DNA of 64,000 bases, from positions 12,092,001-12,156,000 of the forward strand of contig OZ076409.1 of NCBI GenBank assembly GCA_964187785.1, read 5' to 3'. Source of the stretch: Amphiscolops sp. MND2022 (Eukaryota). The notes under the pieces were generated by a model. The model saw only the letters and a list, made by a program, of their open reading frames with translations. It made no database searches and had not been told where the DNA came from. Both the position numbers and the translations under genes were made by a program. How positions within the stretch are numbered: position 1 is the first letter of the stretch; each line of letters opens with the position of its first letter. This document shows, one piece after another, positions 23,432-36,692 of the stretch.

Positions 23432-26400
23432 GAAACCAAGCTTGCTGGCATAATTTTATGAACTTTTGTTGTAACTTTGCAACATCGATAGATTATCTCC
23501 AACCTGTACATTTGTGTTGTCATGTTTTTTTGCTGTTCCTATATATAAAGATTCCCATCTGTGAAGTTGCTGTCGGGGAAATCTGATAGCGAGCCAAAAA
23601 AAAGATGGCATTTCGAACAATTACATCGCTGAAGTCGATTCGTTTTAAGTATCGTTAATAAATAAACACCCGGTTTGGTAAATATATATTAACAAAACAC
23701 GTTATGGCCAGCCTTTTCGGCATCCTTTACTAATCCTTAATCTAGAAACGTGATAAAAAATAGCTCTCTCGATAGTCTGGGCATCACGCCAAAGTAATGT
23801 GATTCGGATAAAGTGCCAAAATCTAAAAGTCTTACATATAACTTCATTTCTATAAGTTGCGCTATTCATTTCCAGCAAAAACAACATGCTTCCTCGAAAA
23901 TTTGATTTCACTGTCAAAGTTGAGTCAGATGTCATCTTGCGCCAAGCACTTTACCTTCACATGCACAGTCATCAATTGTCTATCACGCATTGATTGTTGC
24001 CGATTTCCAGACAAAAAGCAAATCTTGGAAACACAAAGACCACCATGCTGCATTTATTGAAAGTTTATACAGGGTTTTGAATGTTGCTCTTTGTCAAATC
24101 CCATATCGTCCACTTATCATCTGAAATTTCAAGAATGATTTTTCTCAATTGTTAGAAAAATCCACGCGTTCAAAATTAATTTGCCGGCTGAAAATTGTTT
24201 ACAATCAAATTGCCCAACACAAAAGTGACCGTTCGTTTGTTTCGGAATTAACTTTTTCTTAGAAGTTGTCCATAAAAAGCAAATCAGATGTAGGCTTATT
24301 GGCATGCAATCTGAGAATGACTTTTGCAAATTGGCTTACACGTGTATATGTCAACTTAGCTCGTCCTTTTTCCCAATTATTGGGCTAAGCTACCTGCCAT
24401 CTTGTTTGTGGACTCCTGGTGTTTCTCCAGTCCACATGACGGTCGAAAATCACTTGGTAATTGTGCCGTTTCTTTGTTCACGTGACGTGTACAGATTTGC
24501 TACATGAAACAGAAGTGTGTTCAAAGGTTTTTATAAATTGACTCTTTTGTTTTGAAATAGTGAAAAATGCCTGCAAGAATTTTACCTCCTTTCCATGTAA
24601 CCTTCATTGTCTAATTCTGTTTGTCACGGTTCAAACCTGTGATCCCTGCTTACGGTATGTGGATGCAAATTTCCTCATTACGTAACCACTGCACTTTTAC
24701 ATAGTCAGCCGTCCCTGTACGGATTAACGCTCTTCACCTTTTTCTGCAACAACTGTATGGTGACGTAATCGCCGCGTCAACCTGTAACAACCCCCCCCGT
24801 TAAATCTAACCCATTGCGACAGTTGCACCTTTTGATGGTTGTTCCTTTGTTTTGATTACGCTTAAAAAGGACACGTCTTAGAAAAAATGTGCGTGTGCGT
24901 ATCTGTATGTATTCACGATGTATTAAGAGCTTTTTCTGAGGTGTAAATTGAGTTGCCCCTGAAAAATTGGCAGCAGCCGCGGTTTCTGCCATTCTTTTTT
25001 ACCTTTCTAGGGACTGATAGGGAAGAATATATAAACAACCGAATAATTGAATCAAATCAATTCAATTCAAATTATCATCCGTCGGTGCTTTCTTAATTAC
25101 ATTCAAAGTACACGCGACACTCCAAGATATCCTGGAAATTTTCCCCTTTTGTAACTTTTTTCCATTCGATTCCTTTCATCGGTTTTTCATCCCGGTTTTG
25201 CCCGTGTTTTGTTTTGGGCGAATACATCAAAAATGATTTGGTGAGAAAGTTCTTTCTATAACTCGACTATTTCTGAGTATCAAAACAATCTATATTGACC
25301 AATTATGTATGCTAAGTCAATTTGACTTCTTTTTTCAGGTGTATAGAAACGTTTTAATCTAAATTGACTTGCTTTAAATGGTGATATCATTATATTTATT
25401 AGATGTCCGCAGTTTGGTATAATTCATTTTATCCCAGAAATTACAGAAGCCTCTAAAGGAAAGAGGAAATTGGTTAATGCGCAAGATTGCAGCAACTGCA
25501 CTTAATCGATAGTGACGAAAGCATTCACACGGTTGGTAAGAGGCGCGCTCGTGATTGGCTCCTTTTTCTAATATATTCCTTTTTTTGGCTTTTTATGTAG
25601 GCAAATATTTTGTGGAAATACCGATGAAAGCATAGACGCCTGTTAATTTAGCTGCAATTTCCTGTAAGCTTGTTTTAATTTACTTCGACCTCCATGTCTT
25701 GAAGCCCTTGCTTGTTGGTTGTACTGTTCAACTGCTCCTGACTTGGTTTCGCTGCAACTTAGCTGGGTTTTCACTTTTGAAACTGCTCAGAAAAGGGCTC
25801 GGTAGCCGATAGAATTATACCATCAGTAATGTCAGTAAACTAATTGTTTACTCTGGTAATATATCATATTTATCTTCGCACCATCTTTAGCATTAAACAC
25901 GGTTTAATTACTTCTCAATTTTCGACGTTTGCAGCTCAGCCTAAATAAAATTCGACAAAACTCCAAACCCGGCTCAAACTACCAAATATTACTAACAAGA
26001 AGACTACTGAAATTACAAGCACTGGTAAGTACTGGTTATACTATTTTATCAGACCTTCGTAAAACATGGTTCTTCGTCACTGTGTATGTGCCTGCCATAA
26101 ATTACAATAGACAAGTACATATCATATGAACATGTAATATAGACAAACATACCCGCACGCTTTGTGTTTCGTCGAAATTCTTGAATTGATTTTCTCTACT
26201 TGTAACAAACGAGATACAATTGCAGTTTTGTTTACCATTTCACGTAGTATACCATCCTGTTATTGTTATGTAGGTCTAATTGAAGTTTCCACAATAGTTC
26301 AAACACTCGGGAAAACAGTTTGTTTCTTATAAAAGTCCGACCGACCCTGGAAACCGCCCTGTGTTGGTATGCCAAGCACCGTCCAATAATAGCTACTCTA

Positions 26401-26574
26401 TAATAGACACCGCCCTAGATAAAGATATGAACTTATATGAACAACCGCAATGAGTTGACCAAACTATAGTTTTACCATTGTTAATATATAAACTACCAAA
26501 CGGCTATAAAGAACTATTTGCGCTCATCAACAGTAGTTACTCTGTGGTTGGGAAAGCACTGGGAAGAAGGCAAT

Positions 26575-27125
26575 CCCTAGTTAAGACTGCAGGAACTTTT
26601 TACATGCTGCAGGCCTGTAGCAGGGTAATTGTTTATAAAACCTAAAAAATTCAGTGGTAATTCAGAGGGTAAATTTTGAAAAATTACACTGCATTTTCCA
26701 CTACTGCAGTTAAATTTGAAAATAAATACCACTTCATCACCCACCGACACGATCGCTTTGCATTTCCACTTTGTTTTCTCAACTACTCATCTGATATGAT
26801 CACCGCTTCTCAAATAGGACACTAACATGACGCTTATTTGTTATTTATTACGTGACTGAAGTTATTTTGCATTAAAGTGACTGTTAAACTGAGGGCGATA
26901 TATTTAGTTTTAAAATTAAAACTGCTTCTTAGTGAAACCTGCAAAACTTAAATGCTTAAATTTGCCGCCAAAATTTTGATGAATCTTTCAAGGAGCTTGG
27001 TAAAAGTCAAATACAACAGGTAAATATTTTCGCAAAAAAAATCGGTAAGACTTATAGAAAATCATAATAAAAGCAGCTGGCAACAATAAAGTACATGCAA
27101 AAAGTTCAAGCTGTTTCAACAAGGG
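26575..27125. mobile_element. CCC...GGG TIR MITE, copy 2 (inverted relative to 4920-5442)
   Basis: Termini CCCTAGTTAAGACTGCAGGAACTTTTTACATG / CATGCAAAAAGTTCAAGCTGTTTCAACAAGGG with AT on both flanks. Related partial ends at ~34470-34499 and ~38597-38630. Confidence 0.7.
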
Positions 27126-27198
27126 ATGGAGTTGATTTCAACCGTAAACCGAATGCATGATTAAAATGATTGCACTATACTGATTATTTTCAAACATA

Positions 27199-27747
27199 TA
27201 GATCGTTTCAAAAAGTTCGCGAGACTAGAACTAATTAATCGTCGCTGAAAATACCTTTTGTGAAGTCAAAAAATAAATGTCGACGGCACCAGTAACTCTC
27301 CTATCTTTTTGAGCATTCGTAAGAACGTCTTGTACAGCAACACGATTTCGAATGTCACGATTTTTCAAAAAACGGTGTGACGTGGCACTGGAGACAAGTC
27401 GTCTGGCTGTAAGCAGAAGGTCAGAAAGCCGAAGTTTTGAGTTTCGATTAACGCGGCACAGAAGCTGACGCTTGATTCTTGTTGTGAGTACAGATTTTCG
27501 ACCCAATTTGATTTTTTTTCTACCCAATACGTCGCTTCAGGATTGTCGCTAAGTGTTGACTCGAAAATCGAGAAAACCCGAGCAATTGCTGAGTTTGCAT
27601 AATCCGGGTTTGCATCTTTAAAACGGTATATCGATTTTACAAGGTCATCAGATGCGCGTTTGCCTCGCATGGTTGCAGAAATTGATGTGATAGCATCGCT
27701 AATTGAAAGACTGGTCCCTAGTCTCGCGAACTTTTTGAAACGATCTA
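27199..27747 (-). mobile_element. Internally deleted Tc1/mariner DNA transposon
   Basis: Perfect 30-bp TIRs TAGATCGTTTCAAAAAGTTCGCGAGACTAG at 27199-27228 and 27718-27747, with TA TSDs at 27197-27198 and 27748-27749. Confidence 0.93.
27231..27670 (-). pseudogene. Tc1-type transposase N-terminal fragment (paired HTH region up to the first catalytic Asp)
   Basis: MRGKRASDDLVKSIY..SAIARVFSIFESTLSD (HTH), a GRKS linker and VSSATSHRFLK, then after a frameshift WCRRHLFFDFTKGIFSD (Tc1 FSDE-like motif), cut off by the TIR. Two frameshifts. Confidence 0.85.
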
Positions 27748-28481
27748 TAGATTAAGCTAGTCAAGCCTTGTAGCTAACTTGGAAGACTGACATGTGGAAG
27801 CAATTCCCTTATACGGTCCTATGCAAATAGCATTTTCGTACGTGGAACTTTTCCAATTTGATACCACTAATATTTAAATATTGTATTTACTACTGATGTG
27901 ATTTGTTATGTTTTTGATAGCCACGAAGTAAAAATAATTCGTATGTTTTTAGATAATTAAAACTATAGCAATGTTGAGTTTTGGTCTTATGTACTTATAG
28001 GCCCACTGTAAAACGACACAAAAACCGGTTTGGTTTGAATTTACAGAGTAAGGCAGCCAATGAACTAAGTGGAAGCCACAACAGTAATAGCACCAATTAC
28101 CCGGCCTTCCTTCTTCGTGTGGCGTCCGCGATTCGGTTATTCGGGAAAAACCGCTGCATTTCTTTGCTTTCTCTTCTCATTGATTCAATCAACCTTGTCT
28201 CTTAGCTCATTTCCCGGATTTTTGTCTTTTCCTTACTTTGGTGTGGGCGACAACTTGTTTCATACAGTACTGGTTCACGCCGCCTAGAGAAATTTGTTCA
28301 CACTGCAATCAGCAAGCAGCCGGGAAAATTCATTTTCCCTCATTCATAAGTGTGACACCCGGTCATAGTTGGACAGGTATGTACAGGTATGTGTCATTCT
28401 ATTGAAGAAGATAGTTAGGTCACGGTATAGGAAGGAGGAAGGTCAATAATGGAAGCAAGAATGCCAATATTCATCCCATTA

Positions 28482-28503
28482 TCTCTTTCTCTCTCTCTCT
28501 CTC
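28482..28503. repeat. (CT)n microsatellite
   Basis: Visible CT dinucleotide run; nearby (GATT)n at ~28640-28656 and CTG/CTA/TTC triplets at ~29090-29163. Confidence 0.8.
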
Positions 28504-29884
28504 CACCTCATTCCCAGTTGATTTCCGCGCCGGGAGGGGTAACGTGGTTTTAGACACGTCGCCGCGTATTATCTCTGCCCTGAAAACCTCCCCTATTGCG
28601 GCTTATGCATATCGAGTAATAACTTTTGCGCAATCGACTGATTGATTGATTGATTATTTCCCAGTTTTGACCTAATTGCTAAACCAAGTAGCTCCATTCA
28701 TATCCGTCTAACAATGGTATTATCATTTTGCAGCAGCCGAATCGATTCACATTGCGCAATGAAAAACGATTTTTTATGTAAATGTATAATTTATATATTA
28801 AGCTCATGTCATTTTACTTCGCAACAGTGACGTGAATACATTCTGCCCCGCTTAAATATCCAAACCTTCAACTTGCCTCTGTGATTCCATGTCCTCCTAA
28901 TCTATATTTCTGTATCTGTACCTCAAGATACCAGTCTTGTACGGCCCCTGACTGAGCCTGACTGAGCCTGACAGAGTCTACTAGCCACGGCGAACAACAC
29001 GGGGACACATAGCGACATATCCTGCCAAATCCTATCTGGATACCTGCCTTGTGTGTCCGCCCTTCCTGCTGTTTTCATCATAGTGCTTCAGCTACAACTG
29101 CTATTACTACGACTACTGATGCTGCTGCTACTATATCTCCTTTTCTTCTTCTTTTTCTTCTTCAGCCGCGCGGCTGTCGTCTTATCCCTTACCAACACTA
29201 ACCAATGTTTTAATTCCATATCCCTCTTAAGTAGAACAGATTGCGCAACATCTATCTCCTCATTTCGCTCATATTCCCACTAATACCTTACGTACAAGCT
29301 ATCCCCTCCTAATCTTGTTACACCCCCAGCCAACCCCCCGTTTCCCTTTCCACCCGTTTCCCATGCCGCACTAATATTGCGGCATACGACGCAGAGATCT
29401 GCCACAAAATTTATTGGCCGTAACTAGTCTGGTTGTTATTAATTTTAATACTTCTGAGACTTAACTCGTTATTAAACAGCCTTCTGTAACTCATAAACCA
29501 AAAAGCTCAAAATCATTTCCGATGGCGCAATTATTTTTTCAATCTAATATCTCTATCCATGTGGTTTGTCCTTCAATTTGGCTCCCAAAGTTTTTGTTGC
29601 AATCTGTTAAAACCTTTCACTCTGTTCGACACAAACTTTTTTTTTCTTGCAACAAACACAATTTTCTCCCACGGGTGAAATATGAAAAACGAAAAATCTT
29701 TTGGAAAGGAAAATTACTACCTCGTTTTTTTTCATTTCTCCTTAATTTTTTTCCTATACCCAACTGAAAAAACTAAACTTTCAACCGAATTCAACTACCA
29801 CAAAATTAGGTTCGTTTCATTGGATTTGTGGAGATCTTTCAATTTTTTTGTGATATATACCTACGGGATAAAAGTTCCACATGG

Positions 29885-30273
29885 GAGCATGGGGTAGTGG
29901 TTAGAGCATTCGGCCTGTTCTGGGGCGGTATCAGGTTCGAATCTCTCTCAACTCACCATTGTTGGTCCTTAAGCAAGTCCTTCATCCCTAGCTTAGTGGC
30001 ATGGTCAGTGACAAAAAATAACGCATTTGGCGAAGAAAAACAAAACAAAAAAGAGCAACGGTGAGCAGTCAGACCTTTGTGACCTTGAGCAAGTCACTTT
30101 GAAACCACAGCTTCAAGTCCACCATTACTTAATCACTTGGCTGCAAATACGGTACCATAGCTTGCGATGGGGAGATAGTATCCGAAAGGACGCCGACTTA
30201 GAAAAGCAGAACTGCTTATTCGGCGTCCACCCCGCGGTATTGGGGAAATTAACTTCTCTCTTTCTCTCTCTCT
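29885..30273 (+). mobile_element. tRNA-derived SINE fragments with CORE-like central motif
   Basis: A-box-like TGGGGTAGTGG and B-box GGTTCGAATC (~29934), followed by GTCCTTAAGCAAGTC (~29964). A second CORE-like TGTGACCTTGAGCAAGTCACTT at ~30078 and a (CT)n tail at ~30255. Confidence 0.6.
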
Positions 30274-30749
30274 ACACAAACGACCTCGAATTTTCTCGTG
30301 GGCGTGAATAACCAAAATATTCAGCGACAGAAGTTTAAGTAGGATGCTTGTTTTAACTTAGAAAACGATCCGCATGTGTCTTAAAAAATTTTTATTTGAA
30401 GTTTTGTCTATTTTACGGATTTTGATATAACCTTGAAAGTTTTGTAAATATAAATCGTGGAAGACTTAAGACCAAATATTTATCTGATAAACTTCATTTT
30501 GAAGAAAGGAAGGAAAAGAAAATTTATTTCAATGGATATTGGAAAACCTAGTATCCAAAACTAGTATCAAGATCAAAAATCATCCAATCAGGATGGAAAA
30601 TGAGCTTAAGCAGTTTTTAGTTTTGCCCCACGCCAACAAACACTAGAAGATTGTGAGACAAATGCAGTTAGAATTTCTTCAGAGTTCATCATTCAAGTAA
30701 ACAGACAGATGCAATAAAAAGCGATGAAACAAAATTGCTATCTTTGATA

Positions 30750-32150
30750 TCAAGTTCCGAAATTTCCCTGAGTTGCTTAAAAGCTTGGTATCTTTGAATA
30801 TCAAATTTATACCTGTCTTTTAGTCAGATGTGGGGTTTTTCCTAATCTAAATTCAACCGACTTCGATTTAGTTACTGTGTAAATGTAGGTAATTTTGTTG
30901 GTAGTCTCAGCTGGATTCTTTTAGTATCACATGAGCAACTACCATCTCCAGTAAATAATGGAGTAGTGATTCCTTTCTTGATTGTTTGAAAATTGTTTTG
31001 AAAATCTCCATTGCATATACTTCGAATACAATTGGGACTTTGTTGTTCTAAAACAAATCCAACACTATCATACTTGTTCCTGAAAAACTTTCTTGAACTT
31101 TTTATTCGAGATTGGTTTTCGTCGCACTTTCATTATATCTGTAGTATCTACGAAATGATCAATTTTGCAAAAAAATTGTAGAACATCAAGAAGCACTTTG
31201 AGGGGTAAATTCAAAAAAAAATAAACCAATCCACTGAGGCCAATAAACTTTCTGACAACACACTCACATGGATCATGAACAAGCAGCCCTTTATCCAGGC
31301 GTACTCAAGAAAACTACATGCGTTTTGCTTTGGAAATAAATCATTGTTTAGCGTCAAACTTCCATTGTACCCATCTCAAAGGTCATGACATCATAGTCTA
31401 GAATTTTTGACGATAAAAACCCTTCGGAAATCCCTCTGTTTATTGAATTCACGTTTGATTCTTATTTACAGTAAATTATTGGGTCAACCTTAACAAATTT
31501 GACGAATCAGGCTCCACAATGGTATCATTATCAGTCTCTACAAATTGGTACTTATTGTTTGAAGATTCACTCAAAGTTTCAAACATTGGTACTCTGTGAA
31601 GATAAGCAAATAACATTTTAGCAGTATTGAGTTATTAAGGGTTTCGAATGTTACTCGTTAAACACGCTTGAATTATCATTTTGTCTCTTCTGTTGTTCGT
31701 CGCAGTACTGACTGCATAAACGCAAGAACTTTTTTTGGAAATCAATTTGCTTCTATGTTTTTCAGGAGAAAGTGACCGTGCTACTGTTTTAATGATTGTC
31801 GAAATTTTTCTTGATCGGACATTACAGGTTTTTTGGCCTTTAGTTTCCTCGATATTCATTATGTCTTTCCTGAAAATAGGAACAACGTTCGCCGATTTAA
31901 AAATCTCCGGAAACCTTTTTTTTCTCAAGAATAAGGGAACATTGTAATAGCATTTCACTGCTCAAGCTGTCATGACCAACACTTTTTTGTTTTTTTTTTT
32001 CATTCTGTTGGTTGTTGGTTGTTTGAGCTTTTCGTCACAGTATTTGAGTACCATAACTTTTTCAAAGTCTGCCATGTTTACTGAGCAGTTAAATTCTGGG
32101 TTTTTATTTGCCAAGTTGCTCGATAGATTCCTAATCTCTTGGATGCTGTT
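30750..32150 (-). pseudogene. Decayed non-LTR retrotransposon (L2/CR1-group-like) ORF2 RT fragment
   Basis: Minus-strand remnants in the expected order: FPEIFKSANVVPIFRK (~31900), FL(G)VRLDKGL (~31300), CFLMFYNFFAKLIIS and SATKTNLE (~31110-31190). Many stops and frameshifts; boundaries are approximate. Confidence 0.6.
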
Positions 32151-32237
32151 CCAGGTTCATTATTGGTCATTTGATACTTCAAGCTGAGGTATATAGTTTT
32201 ACTGGAGGTTTGTCGCCGCGATTTTTGTACCTACAAC

Positions 32238-32688
32238 CAGGGTTCGCATGTTTAAAACCAACCGTGTTTTAAACACATTTTAAACATGTTTTAAACAGTG
32301 TTTTAAACATGACAAAAACCTTTATATTCTGTTCAATAGTTTTTATCCAGTTATAAATATTTTCAAGTTCCTAAAATCGCAAGTAATCTTGGGCATTTTG
32401 GCAGCAGACATCAAGAAAATTGTCGATGCGCTTCTGGTTATTCCAAGTTTTTTCTCTTTCCGAATTTTCAACAACCTGGGTTTCGTCCACGACGAAACAT
32501 GATATCGACGCTCAATTGAAAAAACTAACGAACTTGCTTTTTGTCTTCGCTTACCGCAATAAACTCAGTGCTTAGGTAGTTAGTGTTAGAAGTATTGGTG
32601 ATAGATCTAGAGTTTTGAACAAAAAATTTCAATGTTTTAAACGTTTTAAACACATTTTCTATCAAAATCTTGTTTTTTTCGAACCCTG
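32238..32688. mobile_element. hAT-type MITE
   Basis: TIRs CAGGGTTCG / CGAACCCTG with 8-bp TSD CCTACAAC / CCTACATC (1 mismatch) and subterminal TTTAAAC repeats. Confidence 0.8.
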
Positions 32689-33676
32689 CCTACATCCTCA
32701 CTCGGCGATTCTAAGGAATGATGCACCTACATTCCTTTGTCTCTTTTACAGATTTTCATTATCCACACTGGGCGATTGCGCCAACATTCAAAATATTTCG
32801 TTCTTTTTCTTTTTGAAAAGTTTTCAACTAAGTTGTTACAATTAGGATCTAGTTTGACACTTTTTGCTCTGAAAAAACACGCAGTTCAATGAGTTCTCGC
32901 CTTTGATTTTATCACGTTCTTAAAGCTGATCGTTCCTGGTTCGGTCGGTTCTAGTGCTGCTATGTTGCCAGGAGTTTTCCCAAAACTGAATAGTGATCGC
33001 TGATTATAGAATTGACCGTTTGATGTGGTGAAACCGTTTTTATTGGCGGAAATGAAGCAGTCCAAAATTTATCACCAACGTCTAAATTATCATTTTTTGA
33101 CTTTTTAAAACCAATTTTTGGGCCCTTCTTTTACAGTTTTCAGGGAAGGAAAATTTCTGAATTTTCAGAGACACAAGAAGGTGTAAAATAATAGCTAATT
33201 GGGACAGTTTTGAAAAATGTGCTTTTCAATTTGAAAATAACCCAAATTTTCCCGAAAAGTATTTCATTTTCCACCTACTTGAGCATTCCGATTGGAGTTG
33301 AGAAAATTTTGGTAGCTATGAATCACAATCTTCGCAAAGTAACTAATTGTCTACTTAGGATATTCTTTCTAATAAATATTGTTGTTTTTGAGAAGAAATT
33401 TAGCTCAAAATGCTTCAATGGGCTGCTTTAAGCATCATCAATTTGCTTTTGTTTTGTGGATATGAACGAACTGCGATTTAAAAGACGACGAATATCTGCC
33501 TATTTTTGTTCAGCCGGCTTCCCAATTGTTATTTTTTTGAAATGTTTTGCTAGTAAAATTCTAAAACAATGCAAAAGAAAATATTTGAGTTTACAGCATA
33601 TTTTCAAATGAGATTCTGAAATCTAGACAAACGAGAAAAATTGCTCCAGAGGACTATACCATTAGATATGGCTCAT

Positions 33677-34000
33677 GTTTTAATAGTTCTTTTCAGCAGC
33701 ATCGAAAACCTGGATTTTTCTACTGTCAAGGGAGAGTTTTTGAAAACTTTCGAGTTTCAAGGGTTTCGGTTGAAATTTTACGACGTTTTAATAGTTCTTT
33801 TCAGCAGCATCGAAAACCTGGATTTTTCTACTGTCAAGGGAGTGTTTTTGAAAACTTTCGAGTTTCAAAGGTTTCGGTTGAAATTTTACGACGTTTTAAT
33901 AGTTCTTTTCAGCAGCATCGAAAACCTGGATTTTTCTACTGTCAAGGGAGTGTTTTTGAAAACTTTCGAGTTTCAAAGGTTTCGGTTGAAATTTTACGAC
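33677..34000. repeat. Tandem repeat, 3 x 108 bp, nearly identical
   Basis: Units start at 33677, 33785 and 33893 (GTTTTAATAGTTCTTTTCAGCAGCATCG...TTTTACGAC), with only about 2 differences in unit 1. Confidence 0.95.
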
Positions 34001-36596
34001 AATTTTTTTGTTAATCGCCAAAAATTGTCTCAAAAATTTGCTGAAACCCCTTTGTTGTTTGGATGGGTTAGGGACTTGAAAGGCGGCGGCTTTTCAACTG
34101 AATATTTTCTGAAAGATGAATTTAAAGAATCATTTAAGTGGAACCGATTTGCACGCCCGGGTTGAGATTGCAGGAATTTCTTTCATGCACAGGCATGCAC
34201 GCAGGGATCATTTTTGATAAATTTTAGAAACTTCAGGGACCCTGCATGGAAAATTTTGTAAAAACTTCCCTGCATCTTGTAAAATCTTATAAAACTTTCC
34301 CTGCATCTTGGAAAAACTTGGAAGCATTTCCATGCGCTTTGATAAAAAGACCCTGCAGTTTATAAGAAAATTGAAAAAAAAGTTCAAGCAACTGGTAAAA
34401 ATTTTGAAAAAAATCGTGCAATTCAGATCAAAAAGCACTCCGAAAAGTGTTTGGCAGCCTATAAAATCATGCAAAAGTTTCAAGCAGTTTCAACTAGGGC
34501 GTGTTGTCTTCTCCTAATTATTTTTTGTCGCATTCAGCAAAAATGTTACTTTCTGACAACTTTGAAAACAATTCTGCTTTAAAATATTTCGATCATATTT
34601 CTTTACCAAAACCAGCCTAGTCAAAGCTTTTGATAAGTAGATTCGTTTAAGTGGACCAGTTTTGTTCGTTTCTCGTTCATTTTTGGAATATTTTGGCCTT
34701 AAAATTGCAGAAACAGGATTCGACCCTCCTGAAGTTAGTTTTATAAAAATTTCTTCTGTAATTTTCTACTGAATTTTTCGATATTGATGTCATTCGAAAG
34801 AGTGACCACCTTTGAACTGATTCAATTGGAATCGATATTCGAGGCTTTTTCAGTTTTGCAAAAAAAAAGTTGTTCAAAATGAGACACGACTGTCATGTTT
34901 ATTCGAGTCGGAACTAGTTTTTTCTCAGAAACATTCGAACCCTTTTTATCAACTGAAACAAAATCAATGCTCGTTTTGTCCAAATTGGATGGATTGAATG
35001 AACCTGAATCTTTTGAATCACAAGGAAGTTTGTCTTCAAAAATCTTCAACCAAGAAAGTGTTTTTCCTGGAAACTCCACATGCCAAAATTTTTTTGGTTT
35101 ATTAACCAGAGCCTTCTCCAGAGCTTCTGTAATTTGTTTAAGCTGCCAAGTTCGGACCTCAATTTTTTCCTTCTTCATTTGGACTCCAAACGGGGAAAAA
35201 CAAAAAATATATATTTCAAAAGTTTCCACATGTTCGGGTTTTATAACGTTTTCGTCTAAGTGTCACACTTCATCAGCTACGATCGGGCTCTTGAAATATG
35301 TTGAGCTAAAACAATCCAGGGTGGAAAATTTCCAGAAGAAATTTTGAAGAATCCAGAAAAGCTTGTGAAGAATCCAGAGAGAATTTAAAACTAATTATCA
35401 ACTTGTTTGAAGAATCCAGAGAAGTTTTCAAGAATTCGCAAAAGTGTTGAAGGATTCAGAAAAGTGTTCAAGAAATGACAAAATGCGAAGATTTTTCACA
35501 CCAATGCTGTTACATGTGCAGCATAGATTATCAATAATATCAAGAATCCACAAAGCGTTTTTCTCATTTCTTAAAAATTTCATTTCTGCAGTGCTAATAT
35601 TAGTGTGTGGATTCTTCAATCATTTTGGGGGCACGCACAATTTCTTTGAAGTGCATAACTTTTGTGAATTCTTGAAAACACTTTTGGTAGGAGGTGCGAA
35701 AACCAATTTTTGTCAATTCTTGAAAAAATCAAAACTTCCCCGATTGGCGCCGTGATACGGTGTTCAGTTGGCGTCTTGTTTTAACTATCCCACCTCACGC
35801 CACTACACTGGTGTAAACCAATGAACCTACCTCCACTAGGTTTAAATAAAACCATATTTTGTTTCAAAATTGGGCTAATAGTTTTACAATAGCAAAATAC
35901 ATGTATAATGAAAAATATTCCCACATATCATAAAAATCGGGATTTGTTGATTGGAAAGGCTGAGACCTGGGAAGAATCAATTGGCAGGTTTTAAAGGCCA
36001 AATTGGCGGGAATTAAATGATGGCGAGGAAAAGTTGAGGTAAGTGAAATTGTGATGTTTGAGCCACTTACTTACACCTTACAGCTCCCATGGGGTGCTCC
36101 TATGCTGCCGGTAGGAACTGGGGAGTTAGTGGATTTCAGGCCCCGCCTTTTTCCTCGCTGCTCTTCCCAAAAATGGAAAGGTCAAATTAAGATTTAATAG
36201 GAAAAGGAAAACAACATTACTTGCTGTTTTCAACACTGAATGTATCTTGCTGGGCGATATCCCTATAGGGGAGCCTCAGTTGTTTATTTATCCCATTTGA
36301 ACTTCTGCAATTCAGTTATTTGTCGACATTAACCCATATCCCCTTTGCTTATATGTACTGATAAGATAAACTTACCTGGAAATTTTAAATTAGCTCTAGT
36401 TACAGCTCGCATTAACCCCCCCCCCCCGTTTTTTGTTAGAGTATATATGTATCTACTACTATGTTACCATTTGGGGTTCGATTTCATTCCACTTTTGGTC
36501 ACGGTGAATGCTAGAAATCTGTGGCGTTGAACAGAACCTTCATTCAAAAAACATAACCTGCTTTTTGCTTTTATTATTTAGTTCACTTTGCTTCAG

Positions 36597-36692
36597 CGTT
36601 TACCGGACAATTGATTGACGGGCTAACATCGAACTCTAAGTGACGCCGATTGATTGAGAAGATTTACGAGTTACAGAACACAACACAACGAG
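36597..36692 (+). other. Candidate non-coding 5'UTR exon of the CaMKII gene
   Basis: Pyrimidine-rich acceptor TTTGCTTCAG (ends 36596; alternative TTTAG ends 36581), donor GAG|GTAGGT at 36693 and no ATG inside. The CaMKII ATG sits 2 nt into an exon, so an upstream exon is expected. Confidence 0.4.

Noticed and set aside
33641..34165. 174-aa ORF with internal repeats
   Set aside because: It is a by-product of the 108-bp tandem repeat, with a non-ATG start and no recognisable domain.
34822..35347. Opposing 135-aa and 150-aa ORFs
   Set aside because: No recognisable motif and non-diagnostic composition; possibly a decayed TE ORF, but this cannot be supported.
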